A DNA stretch of 26,134 bases, from IMG/VR virus record IMGVR_UViG_3300020464_000023, positions 1 to 26,134 of that record. One strand, written 5' to 3'. Of this stretch, positions 1-8,093 are shown piece after piece. The position numbers and the translations under genes were made by a program. Source of the DNA: a virus. Its lineage: Duplodnaviria > Caudoviricetes. The notes beneath the pieces are model-generated. The model did not search any database. It saw only the letters and a program-made list of their open reading frames with translations, and was not told the origin of the DNA. Within the stretch, counting starts at the first letter, position 1. Every line of letters begins with the position of its first letter.

Positions 1-10
1 AAGCAAGGGA

Positions 11-1561
11 ATGATCCTCTTTGATGACGGACATTCCCACTGCTTCGCATGTGATCACCAGATCCAACCAAAGAAAACAATAGAAAAGTCAATGCCAATA
101 ACTAGATCAACAAGCAAGCTACTTACTACTACCATTGCACCTAACAAAGAATGGCGTGGCATCACTGTCGAAACACTTAAGTTCTTTAGTTATTGCAAGG
201 CGTTCTTCAAAGAGCAACCAGTACATGTAGCTACCTATAACGATCAACAAGGGCTGCCATCTGCACAGCACCTACGCTTTCAAGATAAAAAATTTATCTG
301 GTTAGCTAATGATGGGATAGGAAACTTACAACTCTGGGGTCAGAGCAAGTGGCGACAGAACCACGGCAGAGAATCCAATGTGTTCTGTGTCATTACAGAA
401 GGTGAAGTTGATTGCATGTCAACGAGCCAGATACAAGGCAACAAGTTTCCAGTCGTATCACTGCCTTCAGGTACACAGTCAGTTAAGAAAGCAATAGGTG
501 CAAACCTTAAGTGGCTGAGTCAATTCGCATGGGTAGTCATCTGCTTTGACAACGATGAGCCAGGGCAGAAGGCAGCACAACAAGCACTTGAGTTGCTACC
601 TGCTGGCAAGGCTGCTATCTGTCGCATCCCTGATCCATACAAGGATGCCAACGACATGCTTGTTGATGGTAAAGGTGCAGAGTTAAAGGATCTTTTATGG
701 AAGGCAGTACCTAGCAGGCCTGACTCTATTAAAGAAGCATCAACCTTATGGGATGTACTAATCGAACCTAATGCCAAGGCTATTGTTCACTTACCTTGGA
801 CTCAACTGAATGAGAAGTGTAAAGGCTTTCGTTCTAATGAGATGTGGTGTATAGCAGCAGGCTCAGGTACTGGTAAGAGTACGGTATGTAGAGAATTAGC
901 CTATCACTTTCTATCTCAGAATTTAAAGGTAGGGTATATAGCTTTGGAAGAAAGTCTCAAGCGTAGCTTGCAAGGAATTGTAGGGGTTGCACTTAACAAG
1001 CCTTTGCATTTAGATGAGAGTGTCGAGATCCCCATCATCAAGTCGGCTTTTGATTCCCTCTTAGGATCAGGCCGACTTTTTTTATACGACCACTTTGGCA
1101 GTTGTAATCCCGACACCCTCATAGAAAAGATTACATACCTCGCAACCGTTGAAGAAGTTGATGTTGTAATACTTGACCATCTAACCATCGTTGTCTCAGG
1201 GATCGCAGACCTAGATGAGAGAAGGGCTTTGGATGTTACGTGTACCAAGCTGAGACAGTGCGTTGAATCTACTGGTATAGGTTTAATAATTGTGTCGCAC
1301 CTCCGTAGACCTGAAGGCAAAGGACACGAAGAGGGAGTGAAGGTATCACTCAATCATTTGAGAGGTAGCCACAGCATTGCTCAACTAAGTGACATGGTAA
1401 TTAGCTGCTCAAGAAACCAACAAGGTGATGCTGGTGAACGTAGTCAGTTGCAACTAGGCGTTTTGAAGAACCGCTTTAGTGGCTCAACAGGGGATGCCGA
1501 CACCCTGCTCTATGACGAAAAGACTGGTCGCCTAGTACAACAAACAACTTTCTTCCAATGA
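11..1561 (+). CDS. gp4: Primase-helicase (T7 gp4-like); true start probably upstream of the window
   Basis: Second Zn-finger pair HCFAC; TOPRIM motifs ITEGEVD, CFDND, KDAND; SF4 helicase motifs AAGSGTGKST, VILDHL, IIVSHLRR, LRGSHSIAQLSD, KNRFSG. Frame is open from base 2 (S-K-G-M) and the first CxxC is missing, so the gene is likely 5'-truncated. Confidence 0.96.
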   Translation: MILFDDGHSHCFACDHQIQPKKTIEKSMPITRSTSKLLTTTIAPNKEWRGITVETLKFFSYCKAFFKEQPVHVATYNDQQGLPSAQHLRFQDKKFIWLANDGIGNLQLWGQSKWRQNHGRESNVFCVITEGEVDCMSTSQIQGNKFPVVSLPSGTQSVKKAIGANLKWLSQFAWVVICFDNDEPGQKAAQQALELLPAGKAAICRIPDPYKDANDMLVDGKGAELKDLLWKAVPSRPDSIKEASTLWDVLIEPNAKAIVHLPWTQLNEKCKGFRSNEMWCIAAGSGTGKSTVCRELAYHFLSQNLKVGYIALEESLKRSLQGIVGVALNKPLHLDESVEIPIIKSAFDSLLGSGRLFLYDHFGSCNPDTLIEKITYLATVEEVDVVILDHLTIVVSGIADLDERRALDVTCTKLRQCVESTGIGLIIVSHLRRPEGKGHEEGVKVSLNHLRGSHSIAQLSDMVISCSRNQQGDAGERSQLQLGVLKNRFSGSTGDADTLLYDEKTGRLVQQTTFFQ

Positions 1562-2298
1562 CTCTACTAATAGATGCTGACATGCTTGTTTACACGGCAT
1601 GTTGCAGTTCAGAATTTGATTGCAAATTCAACGAGTACCAGCATGTGCTTTTATCAGATGAATGTGCTGCCTTGGATTACATAGCTGCAAAGCTAGAAGA
1701 ATACCAGTCCATCACTGGCGATAGAGGCAAGATCATCATGTGCTTCTCTGACTATCCCACCTTTAGGCATGAAGTATATAGCGAGTACAAAGCTAATCGA
1801 ATAGGCAAGCGTAAACCCTTGGCATTTAAAGATGTAGCTGAAGCAGTGAGAAGGTATCACGATGTCGCTGTCTATCCCAACCTTGAAGCTGATGATGTGA
1901 TGGGCATACTTGCAACCGAGGAGGTACACCCTACACGTGTCATAGTTTCAGGTGATAAAGATATGAAGACCATACCCTGTATTCTTCTGAGGAATGGAGA
2001 TCTTGAAACCATTTCTGAAAAGAGGGCAGATAGAAACTGGATGTCGCAGGTATTACAAGGGGATAGGACAGATAATATTCCAGGGCTTGTAGGTGTCGGG
2101 CCAAAAACTGCTGAAAAAATTTTGGGAGATTCCGAAACCCTTTCTGATATGTGGGACAAGGTGATAGGTGCATACGAGAAGAGGAAACTTACATACAAAT
2201 CAGCATTACTTTCAGCACGACTCACTAGAATCTTGAGACATGGGGAGTACAATTTACATAAGCAAGAAGTAAAACTCTGGAACCCACCACATGATTGA
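1558..2298 (+). CDS. gp6: 5'-3' exonuclease (T7 gp6-like, FEN/PIN fold)
   Basis: Motifs LLIDAD, YKANR, EADD, SGDKD, GDRTDNIPG, GVGPKTA (H3TH) and C-terminal KLWNP; ATGA overlap with the helicase stop. Confidence 0.93.
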   Translation: MTLLIDADMLVYTACCSSEFDCKFNEYQHVLLSDECAALDYIAAKLEEYQSITGDRGKIIMCFSDYPTFRHEVYSEYKANRIGKRKPLAFKDVAEAVRRYHDVAVYPNLEADDVMGILATEEVHPTRVIVSGDKDMKTIPCILLRNGDLETISEKRADRNWMSQVLQGDRTDNIPGLVGVGPKTAEKILGDSETLSDMWDKVIGAYEKRKLTYKSALLSARLTRILRHGEYNLHKQEVKLWNPPHD

Positions 2299-2473
2299 TG
2301 AAGAACTTTGGCCTCCAATAGATGAGGTGCTTATTAGAAAATTAGAAGAGATCTACCCTGATAGATGTCCATCAATAGAGACAAGTGACCGAGAGATATG
2401 GAGGTACGGTGGACAAGTGGAGTTGGTAAGGATGTTGAGATCTGTATATAATGAGCAGAACAACATCGAGTAA
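2291..2473 (+). CDS. Small hypothetical phage protein (60 aa)
   Basis: Overlaps the exonuclease stop by 8 nt and fills the gap to the next gene. The pattern LEEIYPD..P...DREIW..GQ..LVR.L resembles small proteins recalled from this position in marine T7-like phages. Confidence 0.75.
   Translation: MIDEELWPPIDEVLIRKLEEIYPDRCPSIETSDREIWRYGGQVELVRMLRSVYNEQNNIE
2423..2452 (+). promoter_or_regulatory. Candidate sigma70-type promoter for the 477-aa gene
   Basis: TTGGTA (2423-2428), 18-nt spacer, perfect TATAAT (2447-2452), ending 23 nt before ATG 2476. Lies inside coding sequence, so it could be chance. Confidence 0.35.
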
Positions 2474-2475
2474 AG

Positions 2476-3909
2476 ATGGCAACGTCAGCAGCAATACAGA
2501 ATATAGGCCAGAGTCTTTTAGATAGAGACTTTGGTGCTGATGGCTTAGCTTATTGGTCTGCTGAGTATGACAAAGCACAAGCTGATGCTATAGCTGCTGG
2601 CAACACACCAGAACAAGCAGCAAAGATAGCTGATACAGCAGTAAGAAGAAACGTAGCTAGATCTTCAGAAGCTAAAGGAGTAGCAGGTGTACCTGATTGG
2701 TTTAAACATCAAGATACTGATGTCGCACTAGGCGTTAGGTCAGAAGATTGGGCTACCAAACTACAAACATCTAACCTTGAAAACTATTTAGATCACCAGA
2801 ATTATTCTTATGGAATGTTGCAAGGTAATACTGTCGGACAAGAAGGTAGTGAGTGGTGGGGTTATCAAACGACACAAGATATACAAAGCCATTTAGCACA
2901 AGGTAAGAGTTGGGATGAAGCTTACAAAGCAGCAACCGATCAAGTAACGTCTGACATCTCAGCTAACACAGGCCACCAGAACTACAAGAAGTTTGGAACA
3001 ATAGGGTATGGCAATCCATTAGAAATTAAGGTAGGTGTTGATAGTGATGGTGATGTAATAACAGAAGAAAAATATTTAAACTTACATACCAAAGCAATTA
3101 CTGATGGCAATATTTTAAATCCCACTGGCACTAAAACTGCTACTCAGTACGAGTTAGATGACGACGGAGAAATTAAACTGGATAACGATGGTAATCCAGT
3201 ATCGACAGGCAACACAGCAACACCTTATTCATGGCAATACGTGCCAGATAGCACTGCCCCTGGTGGTTACAGGATCACAGCAGTACCGTTCAACACTGGT
3301 ACTCAAACATCAACAACAGGCCATGACTTTCACATGGCTAACTACCAAAAAGATGGAGCCTTTCAAGGTGGTGGTGGTGCTAATCCTTTTACTATCCCGA
3401 CTGGTGTTCAGAATGTAAACGCAAACCAATTTGCTTTAGGAGTTAACGACCCAAATAAATTGAACCTTGCACAGTGGGCTGAAACTCCTGCTGGTCAAGC
3501 AGCTATAGCAGCCGGTAACTATGACATAAAAAATAAATGGTTTGCAACTGGTGCTGATGGCAACCTTTACAGCACAGCAGCAGCAATAGATCATTCAACA
3601 ACTGATAGTAACCTTGGTCTAGCAGCAGGACAAACAGAGAATATAAACTGGGGCGAAGGTTGGCAGACTACTCTTTCAGGTGGCCCTAGTAGTTCTAGCT
3701 TTGTACCTACACCTACACCTCAATCAGGTATGGCAGGTGGTGGTAATACAATTATTAATTTAGATACATCTCAAAAAAGTACAACAGCAGCAGATAAAGC
3801 ACAAAAATTAGAAGATAGAGCAATAGCTTCAGGTCAAGGAAGAAAAGGTTTTACTACTGCTAAGTACCAGCCAACAGGCAACATCCGTACACTTGGAATA
3901 GTCTCATAG
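2476..3909 (+). CDS. Hypothetical, possibly virion-associated protein with two N-terminal DUF4214-like repeats
   Basis: 477-aa ORF packed 2 nt after the previous stop; LLDRDFGADGLAYW...SSEA motif with a second degenerate copy; G/T/N-rich middle; basic C-terminus. Confidence 0.7.
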   Translation: MATSAAIQNIGQSLLDRDFGADGLAYWSAEYDKAQADAIAAGNTPEQAAKIADTAVRRNVARSSEAKGVAGVPDWFKHQDTDVALGVRSEDWATKLQTSNLENYLDHQNYSYGMLQGNTVGQEGSEWWGYQTTQDIQSHLAQGKSWDEAYKAATDQVTSDISANTGHQNYKKFGTIGYGNPLEIKVGVDSDGDVITEEKYLNLHTKAITDGNILNPTGTKTATQYELDDDGEIKLDNDGNPVSTGNTATPYSWQYVPDSTAPGGYRITAVPFNTGTQTSTTGHDFHMANYQKDGAFQGGGGANPFTIPTGVQNVNANQFALGVNDPNKLNLAQWAETPAGQAAIAAGNYDIKNKWFATGADGNLYSTAAAIDHSTTDSNLGLAAGQTENINWGEGWQTTLSGGPSSSSFVPTPTPQSGMAGGGNTIINLDTSQKSTTAADKAQKLEDRAIASGQGRKGFTTAKYQPTGNIRTLGIVS

Positions 3910-3948
3910 TAATATCAAGCTATCATTAAGTAACTACAGAGATTAGCT

Positions 3949-4290
3949 ATGTGCGGTGGCGGTGGCGGTGGCTCTAATGACAAAGCTATGGAGGATGCAG
4001 AAAAGCGTCATCAACAGAATCTTGCTCTACAGAAAGAGCAGATGGAAGAACAGAAGCGACAGTTTGAATTAAGTAGAGCAGATAACCAAGCTAGGTATGA
4101 CGAACAAAGACGACAAGCAAAAGCTGCACCACCTCCACCACCAGAAAAGACAGCAGGAGTAGCAGCACCAGCACTAGATTCTAAGAGGTGGGCTAAAGGT
4201 GGTGGCAAGAAACAATACACAAACACACCAACACCAACACCAACCAAGTCGTCAGCACATGCGGCTAAGAGTCTTTACATCCCTACATAA
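3949..4290 (+). CDS. Small virion protein (T7 gp6.7/gp7.3-like by position)
   Basis: MCGGGG start, coiled-coil Q/E/R-rich centre, Pro-rich then basic C-terminus ending SLYIPT; directly abuts the portal (TAAATG). Confidence 0.65.
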   Translation: MCGGGGGGSNDKAMEDAEKRHQQNLALQKEQMEEQKRQFELSRADNQARYDEQRRQAKAAPPPPPEKTAGVAAPALDSKRWAKGGGKKQYTNTPTPTPTKSSAHAAKSLYIPT

Positions 4291-6048
4291 ATGGACTTAA
4301 GCATTGACCCTATTGATCTAGCACCAGGGAAAGGAGCTAAAGATAAAAAGGAAGGTACTACCCTTGCTGGTAGATACGACCAACTAAAAACTAACCGTGA
4401 TCCTTTCCTTCAAAGAGCTAGAGATTGTGCAAAGGTAACTAACCCTGCTGCCTGCCCTGACTCCAACATGGGAGATCATGGAAAACTCAAGACACCTTGG
4501 CAATCAACTGGCAGTCTCGGTGTTTCCAACCTTCAAAACCGCCTCAACTTAACTCTCTTCCCTCCTAACACTCCCTTCTTCAAGCTAGAGATTGACAGCC
4601 TTGCGTTAAGAATAGAAGAGCAAGGGCCAGAAATTAAGACAGAACTTGACACAGCATTAGTAAAGGTAGAACAAGCTGTGATGATTGAGTTAGAAACCAT
4701 GAGTGCAAGAGCATCGCTTGCTCAAGCATTTCAGCAGTTACTAATTACAGGTAACGTTCTTCTTTATATACAAGAAGATAGGATCAGGACTATACATTTA
4801 CAAAACTATTGTGTCGTTCGTGATCCAATGGATCATGTGACCGAGATCTTGATAGAAGAAGAAGTATATCCTGAAGCATTGCCAGATGGATTCTTCCCTG
4901 AACAAGAGGAAGAAGACGAGAAGCTAGGCCCAGTCAAGAAGACAGTAAAGATACATACATGTGTTAAGACTGAGGGTGGTATTACTCGCTGGTATCAGGA
5001 GTGTAAAGGTAAGGAGATTCCCAACACATACGGTATGTGTCCAATGGATTGCAGTCCTTGGATCGTATTGCGTTTTGAAAAAATCGAAAGCGGAGAGGAG
5101 TACGGAAGAAGTCACGTTGAAAAATACTACGGAGATTTGACTGCACTTGAATCTTTATACCAAGCATCAATCGAAGCAGCAGCAGCAGCCTCTAAGGTTC
5201 TGTTCCTTGTGAATCCCAACGGTACAACCCGACCTAAAACCCTGTCGTCAGCAGCGAATGGGGCTATCGTTCAAGGGAACGCAGCAGATGTAACTGTCAT
5301 TCAGGCACAGAAGCAGGCCGATCTACAAATAACAATGAGTATGATCGAGCGTATAGAGCAGAGACTAGAGTTTGCTTTCCTACTTAACCAAGCAGTACAA
5401 CGACCAGGGGAAAGGGTTACTGCGGAAGAAATAAAAATAATGAGTCAAAGTCTCGAAGCCCAAATCGGAGCATTTTATTCCATACTTACTCAAGAACTAC
5501 AGCTACCACTGGTACGCAGGTTGATCTACATGCTACAGAAGAAAGGCAAACTACCTGAGTTCCCTAACAGTCAAGAGACAGGCGAACCTTTAGTACAACC
5601 AAAAGCAGTAACAGGTCTTGAAGGTATAGGTAGGGGTGATGATATGAATAAGTTAACTGAGTTTTTATCTATTACTCAGCAGGTACTAGGCCCAGAGATA
5701 GCACAACAGTATGTAAATTACGAAGAAGCACTGCGAAGATTGGCAGCTAGTGCTTCAATAGATACGACAAACTTAGTCAAAACAAGTCAGCAACTACAGC
5801 AAGAAGCTGCTGCTGCACAAGCTCAACAGCAACAACAGCAGCAAGAGATGCAGATGATGGAAATGATGAAGTCATCTGCTGCGGCTAAGATTGCAGACAA
5901 CTACACCAAGGAAGGAACCCCTTATGGCCCCCAATTCTCAGGAGACTCCGAAACAGGAGCAGCAGGAAGCACCCCTAACTCCCTCCCCAATCTCAGGGCA
6001 GCAGCCGAAGGACTCCCCAGTGGCCCAGTCCAAGGAGGAGAAGCCTAG
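4291..6048 (+). CDS. gp8: Portal / head-tail connector (T7 gp8-like)
   Basis: Motifs PWQSTG..GV.NL, LFPPNTPFFKL, YGRSHVE.Y.GDL..LE.L, ERVTAEEI, GLEGIGRG.D; Q-rich C-terminal helix; synteny. Confidence 0.96.
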   Translation: MDLSIDPIDLAPGKGAKDKKEGTTLAGRYDQLKTNRDPFLQRARDCAKVTNPAACPDSNMGDHGKLKTPWQSTGSLGVSNLQNRLNLTLFPPNTPFFKLEIDSLALRIEEQGPEIKTELDTALVKVEQAVMIELETMSARASLAQAFQQLLITGNVLLYIQEDRIRTIHLQNYCVVRDPMDHVTEILIEEEVYPEALPDGFFPEQEEEDEKLGPVKKTVKIHTCVKTEGGITRWYQECKGKEIPNTYGMCPMDCSPWIVLRFEKIESGEEYGRSHVEKYYGDLTALESLYQASIEAAAAASKVLFLVNPNGTTRPKTLSSAANGAIVQGNAADVTVIQAQKQADLQITMSMIERIEQRLEFAFLLNQAVQRPGERVTAEEIKIMSQSLEAQIGAFYSILTQELQLPLVRRLIYMLQKKGKLPEFPNSQETGEPLVQPKAVTGLEGIGRGDDMNKLTEFLSITQQVLGPEIAQQYVNYEEALRRLAASASIDTTNLVKTSQQLQQEAAAAQAQQQQQQQEMQMMEMMKSSAAAKIADNYTKEGTPYGPQFSGDSETGAAGSTPNSLPNLRAAAEGLPSGPVQGGEA

Positions 6049-6151
6049 AGAGTTAGCTACTATTAAAGAAGAGAAGCCAGTTGCTAAGAAGAAGAAAGAT
6101 AAAGAGCCGCAAGTTACTAAAGATGGCGAACGGCACATCACTATCAAATAA
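5924..6151 (+). CDS. Small charged hypothetical protein (75 aa) overlapping the portal 3' end in the +1 frame
   Basis: ATG at 5924 preceded by purine-rich AAGGAAGGA; accounts for otherwise empty 6049-6151; ends KDGERHITIK. The ORF track start (TTG 5891) is less likely. Confidence 0.5.
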   Translation: MAPNSQETPKQEQQEAPLTPSPISGQQPKDSPVAQSKEEKPRELATIKEEKPVAKKKKDKEPQVTKDGERHITIK

Positions 6152-6174
6152 CAACCTTTCACCCATCACATCCA

Positions 6175-6987
6175 ATGCCAGAACCAATTACTATTTCCGA
6201 ACCAGAGACAGGTGCGTTATCTCCTGAACAGGAGTCAGATGCAAAAGACCAAGCACTTGTAAATGAAGCAGAACAGAATGGGCCAGTTAAATTTGCTGGC
6301 AAGTATGAGTCTGTTGAAGAGCTAGAGAAAGGATACGCAGAACTTCAGAAGAAGTTAAGTGGCGAAGGAGAAGGCGACACGCCTGAAGTATCTGAGTCAA
6401 AGGAAGAAGAAGAAGCACCTGCCAACGCTTCAGAAATTTATGGTGAATACATAGGTAGTCGCCTTGATGAAGCTGGTGTCGATTACCAAGGGATGAATAC
6501 TAAATGGCAAGAGACAGGCAAGCTAGAAGATGACGACTACAAAGCATTAGAAGGTGCTGGCTTCAGTAAAGATATGGTCGAAGCATATCTAGATGGTGTG
6601 CAGTACAGAGCAGAACAAGACTCACAACTTGCAGCTAAAGAAGTAGCAGCAATTAAGAATGAGTTCGGAGGTGAGCAGGTCTACACTGAAATGATTACGT
6701 GGGCTGCTGCAAACCTAGACAAGGGAGAAGTTGATGCGTTCAACTCTATGCTTAAGACCAGCAACCCACACCAGATAAGGATTGCTGTCGCTGGTATTCA
6801 AGCTGCTTATATGAACAACGCACCAAGGGAACCCAAGCTTGTCGGAGGTAGAGCAGCTAAAGCAGATACCACTAAGTTCAAGTCAACTGCACAGGTAGTA
6901 GCAGCTATGAATGATGAACGGTACGCAACTGATTCAGCGTATAGACAAGAGGTACAAGAAAAACTTAGTCGCTCAAAAGTGTTGTAA
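6175..6987 (+). CDS. gp9: Capsid scaffolding protein (T7 gp9-like)
   Basis: Acidic; motifs FAGKY...EELEKGY.EL, GGEQ.Y..M..WA, C-terminal FKS.AQVVAAM.D.RY..D.AYR..V..KL.RS; lies between portal and capsid. Confidence 0.92.
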   Translation: MPEPITISEPETGALSPEQESDAKDQALVNEAEQNGPVKFAGKYESVEELEKGYAELQKKLSGEGEGDTPEVSESKEEEEAPANASEIYGEYIGSRLDEAGVDYQGMNTKWQETGKLEDDDYKALEGAGFSKDMVEAYLDGVQYRAEQDSQLAAKEVAAIKNEFGGEQVYTEMITWAAANLDKGEVDAFNSMLKTSNPHQIRIAVAGIQAAYMNNAPREPKLVGGRAAKADTTKFKSTAQVVAAMNDERYATDSAYRQEVQEKLSRSKVL

Positions 6988-7025
6988 GGGGTATTATATA
7001 AACAACCTAAACATTCTCGTATAAA

Positions 7026-7057
7026 CAACGGCCCCTTGCGAGGGATACCCTGCGTTG
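7026..7057 (+). promoter_or_regulatory. Stem-loop in the capsid 5' leader
   Basis: CCCT-TGCG-AGGG hairpin (7033-7044) enclosed by CAACG (7026-7030)/CGTTG (7053-7057) with an internal loop; sits in the 107-nt scaffold-capsid gap. Confidence 0.5.
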
Positions 7058-7094
7058 AACAGATAGTGAAGGGCAACCTTTCTTTCTTTTTTCC

Positions 7095-8060
7095 GTGGCT
7101 AATTTTACTAGCTCACGGCTAGGTCTTGTAAACAATACAGGTTCTAGCTATGACGCTTTATTCCTTAAGACCTTTAGTGGAGAAGTACTAAGTGCTTTCC
7201 GCAAGGCAACCGTATTCGAGGCGTTACACACTGTACGCACGATATCATCTGGTAAGTCTGCTCAGTTTCCTATCATTGGATTAAGCAGCACAGCGTACCA
7301 TACACCTGGTACACAGCTTACAGGTAATGCTATTAAGCACGCTGAAGCTGTTATTAACATTGATGACAAGCTCGTATCAAACGTATTCGTTGCTGACATT
7401 GATGAGGCTAAGAACCATTATGACGTTCGTAGCCAGTACACCACAGAAATGGGTAACGCATTAGCGTACACATTTGATAAGAACGTAGCAGCTACTATCT
7501 GCCAAGCAGCAAGAACAGCTACTAACTTTAACACTGACCTACCTGGTGGTACTCGTATCAAGATTGTTGCTACTAGTAAAGCAGCTATCACAGGGGCACA
7601 GCTAGTCAGTGCTATGTGGTCAGCAGCAGAACAAATGGATATAGATAATATTCCTGAAGAAGGAAGACACTTAGTTCTTGGCCCAACCGAGTACTACAAA
7701 ATTGCCCAAACAACAGACGTACTCAACAGAGACTGGGGTGGTTCTGGAGCATACGCAGATGGAACAGTCTTAAAGGTTGCTGGTATCAGCATCGTTAAGT
7801 CTAACCACTTGCCAACTACAAACCGTTCTCAAGTAACTGGTGAGAACAACACATACCATGCTGACTACACAGACAGCGTTGGACTTGTGTTCAACAAGCA
7901 GGCTGTTGGTACTGTTAAGTTGATGGATCTGAAGATGGAACAAACTGGTTCCGATGTACATGCACTATGGCAAGGTACATTTATGGTCGGATCTATGGCT
8001 CATGGTACTGGCGTACTACGTCCAGACTGTGCTATCGAAATATACACAGCTACCAGCTAA
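7095..8060 (+). CDS. gp10: Major capsid protein (T7 gp10-like)
   Basis: ALFLK.FSGEVL.AF, RTISSGKSAQFP, IDD.L, DIDEA..HYDVRS.Y..EMG.ALA..FD, KSNHLP, G.G.LRPDCA motifs; GTG start. Confidence 0.97.
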   Translation: MANFTSSRLGLVNNTGSSYDALFLKTFSGEVLSAFRKATVFEALHTVRTISSGKSAQFPIIGLSSTAYHTPGTQLTGNAIKHAEAVINIDDKLVSNVFVADIDEAKNHYDVRSQYTTEMGNALAYTFDKNVAATICQAARTATNFNTDLPGGTRIKIVATSKAAITGAQLVSAMWSAAEQMDIDNIPEEGRHLVLGPTEYYKIAQTTDVLNRDWGGSGAYADGTVLKVAGISIVKSNHLPTTNRSQVTGENNTYHADYTDSVGLVFNKQAVGTVKLMDLKMEQTGSDVHALWQGTFMVGSMAHGTGVLRPDCAIEIYTATS

Positions 8061-8067
8061 CTACCGT

Positions 8068-8093
8068 GGGGGCTATATGCCCCCTCTTTTCTT
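8068..8093 (+). terminator. Intrinsic terminator after the capsid gene (T-phi equivalent)
   Basis: GGGGGC-TATAT-GCCCCC stem-loop followed by TCTTTTCTT, immediately before the gp11 ATG. The interrupted U tract fits partial read-through. Confidence 0.85.

Noticed and set aside
2260-2298. Exonuclease C-terminal QEVKLW as a second clamp-binding motif
   Set aside because: A terminal LW.P is a normal feature of T7 gp6-like exonucleases, including those of polymerase-encoding phages.
520-2578. Minus-strand ORFs opposite helicase, exonuclease and neighbours (520-777, 916-1353, 1693-1929, 1872-2318, 1940-2173, 2372-2578)
   Set aside because: Antisense shadows of well-supported + strand genes, with no recognisable motifs.
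3158-3418. Alternate-frame + strand ORF inside the 477-aa gene (likewise 12751-13017 over gp14/gp15)
   Set aside because: Nested within longer genes, no motif or convincing ribosome-binding site, length compatible with chance.
3955-4245. Short 6-nt tandem repeats (GGTGGC x3 at 3955; ACACCA x3 at 4225)
   Set aside because: In-frame encodings of poly-Gly and Thr-Pro linkers; copy change would not shift frame.
5786-5870. CAG/CAA-rich poly-Gln tract in the portal
   Set aside because: Q/A/M-rich C-terminal helices are usual in T7-like portals, and mixed codons argue against an unstable microsatellite.
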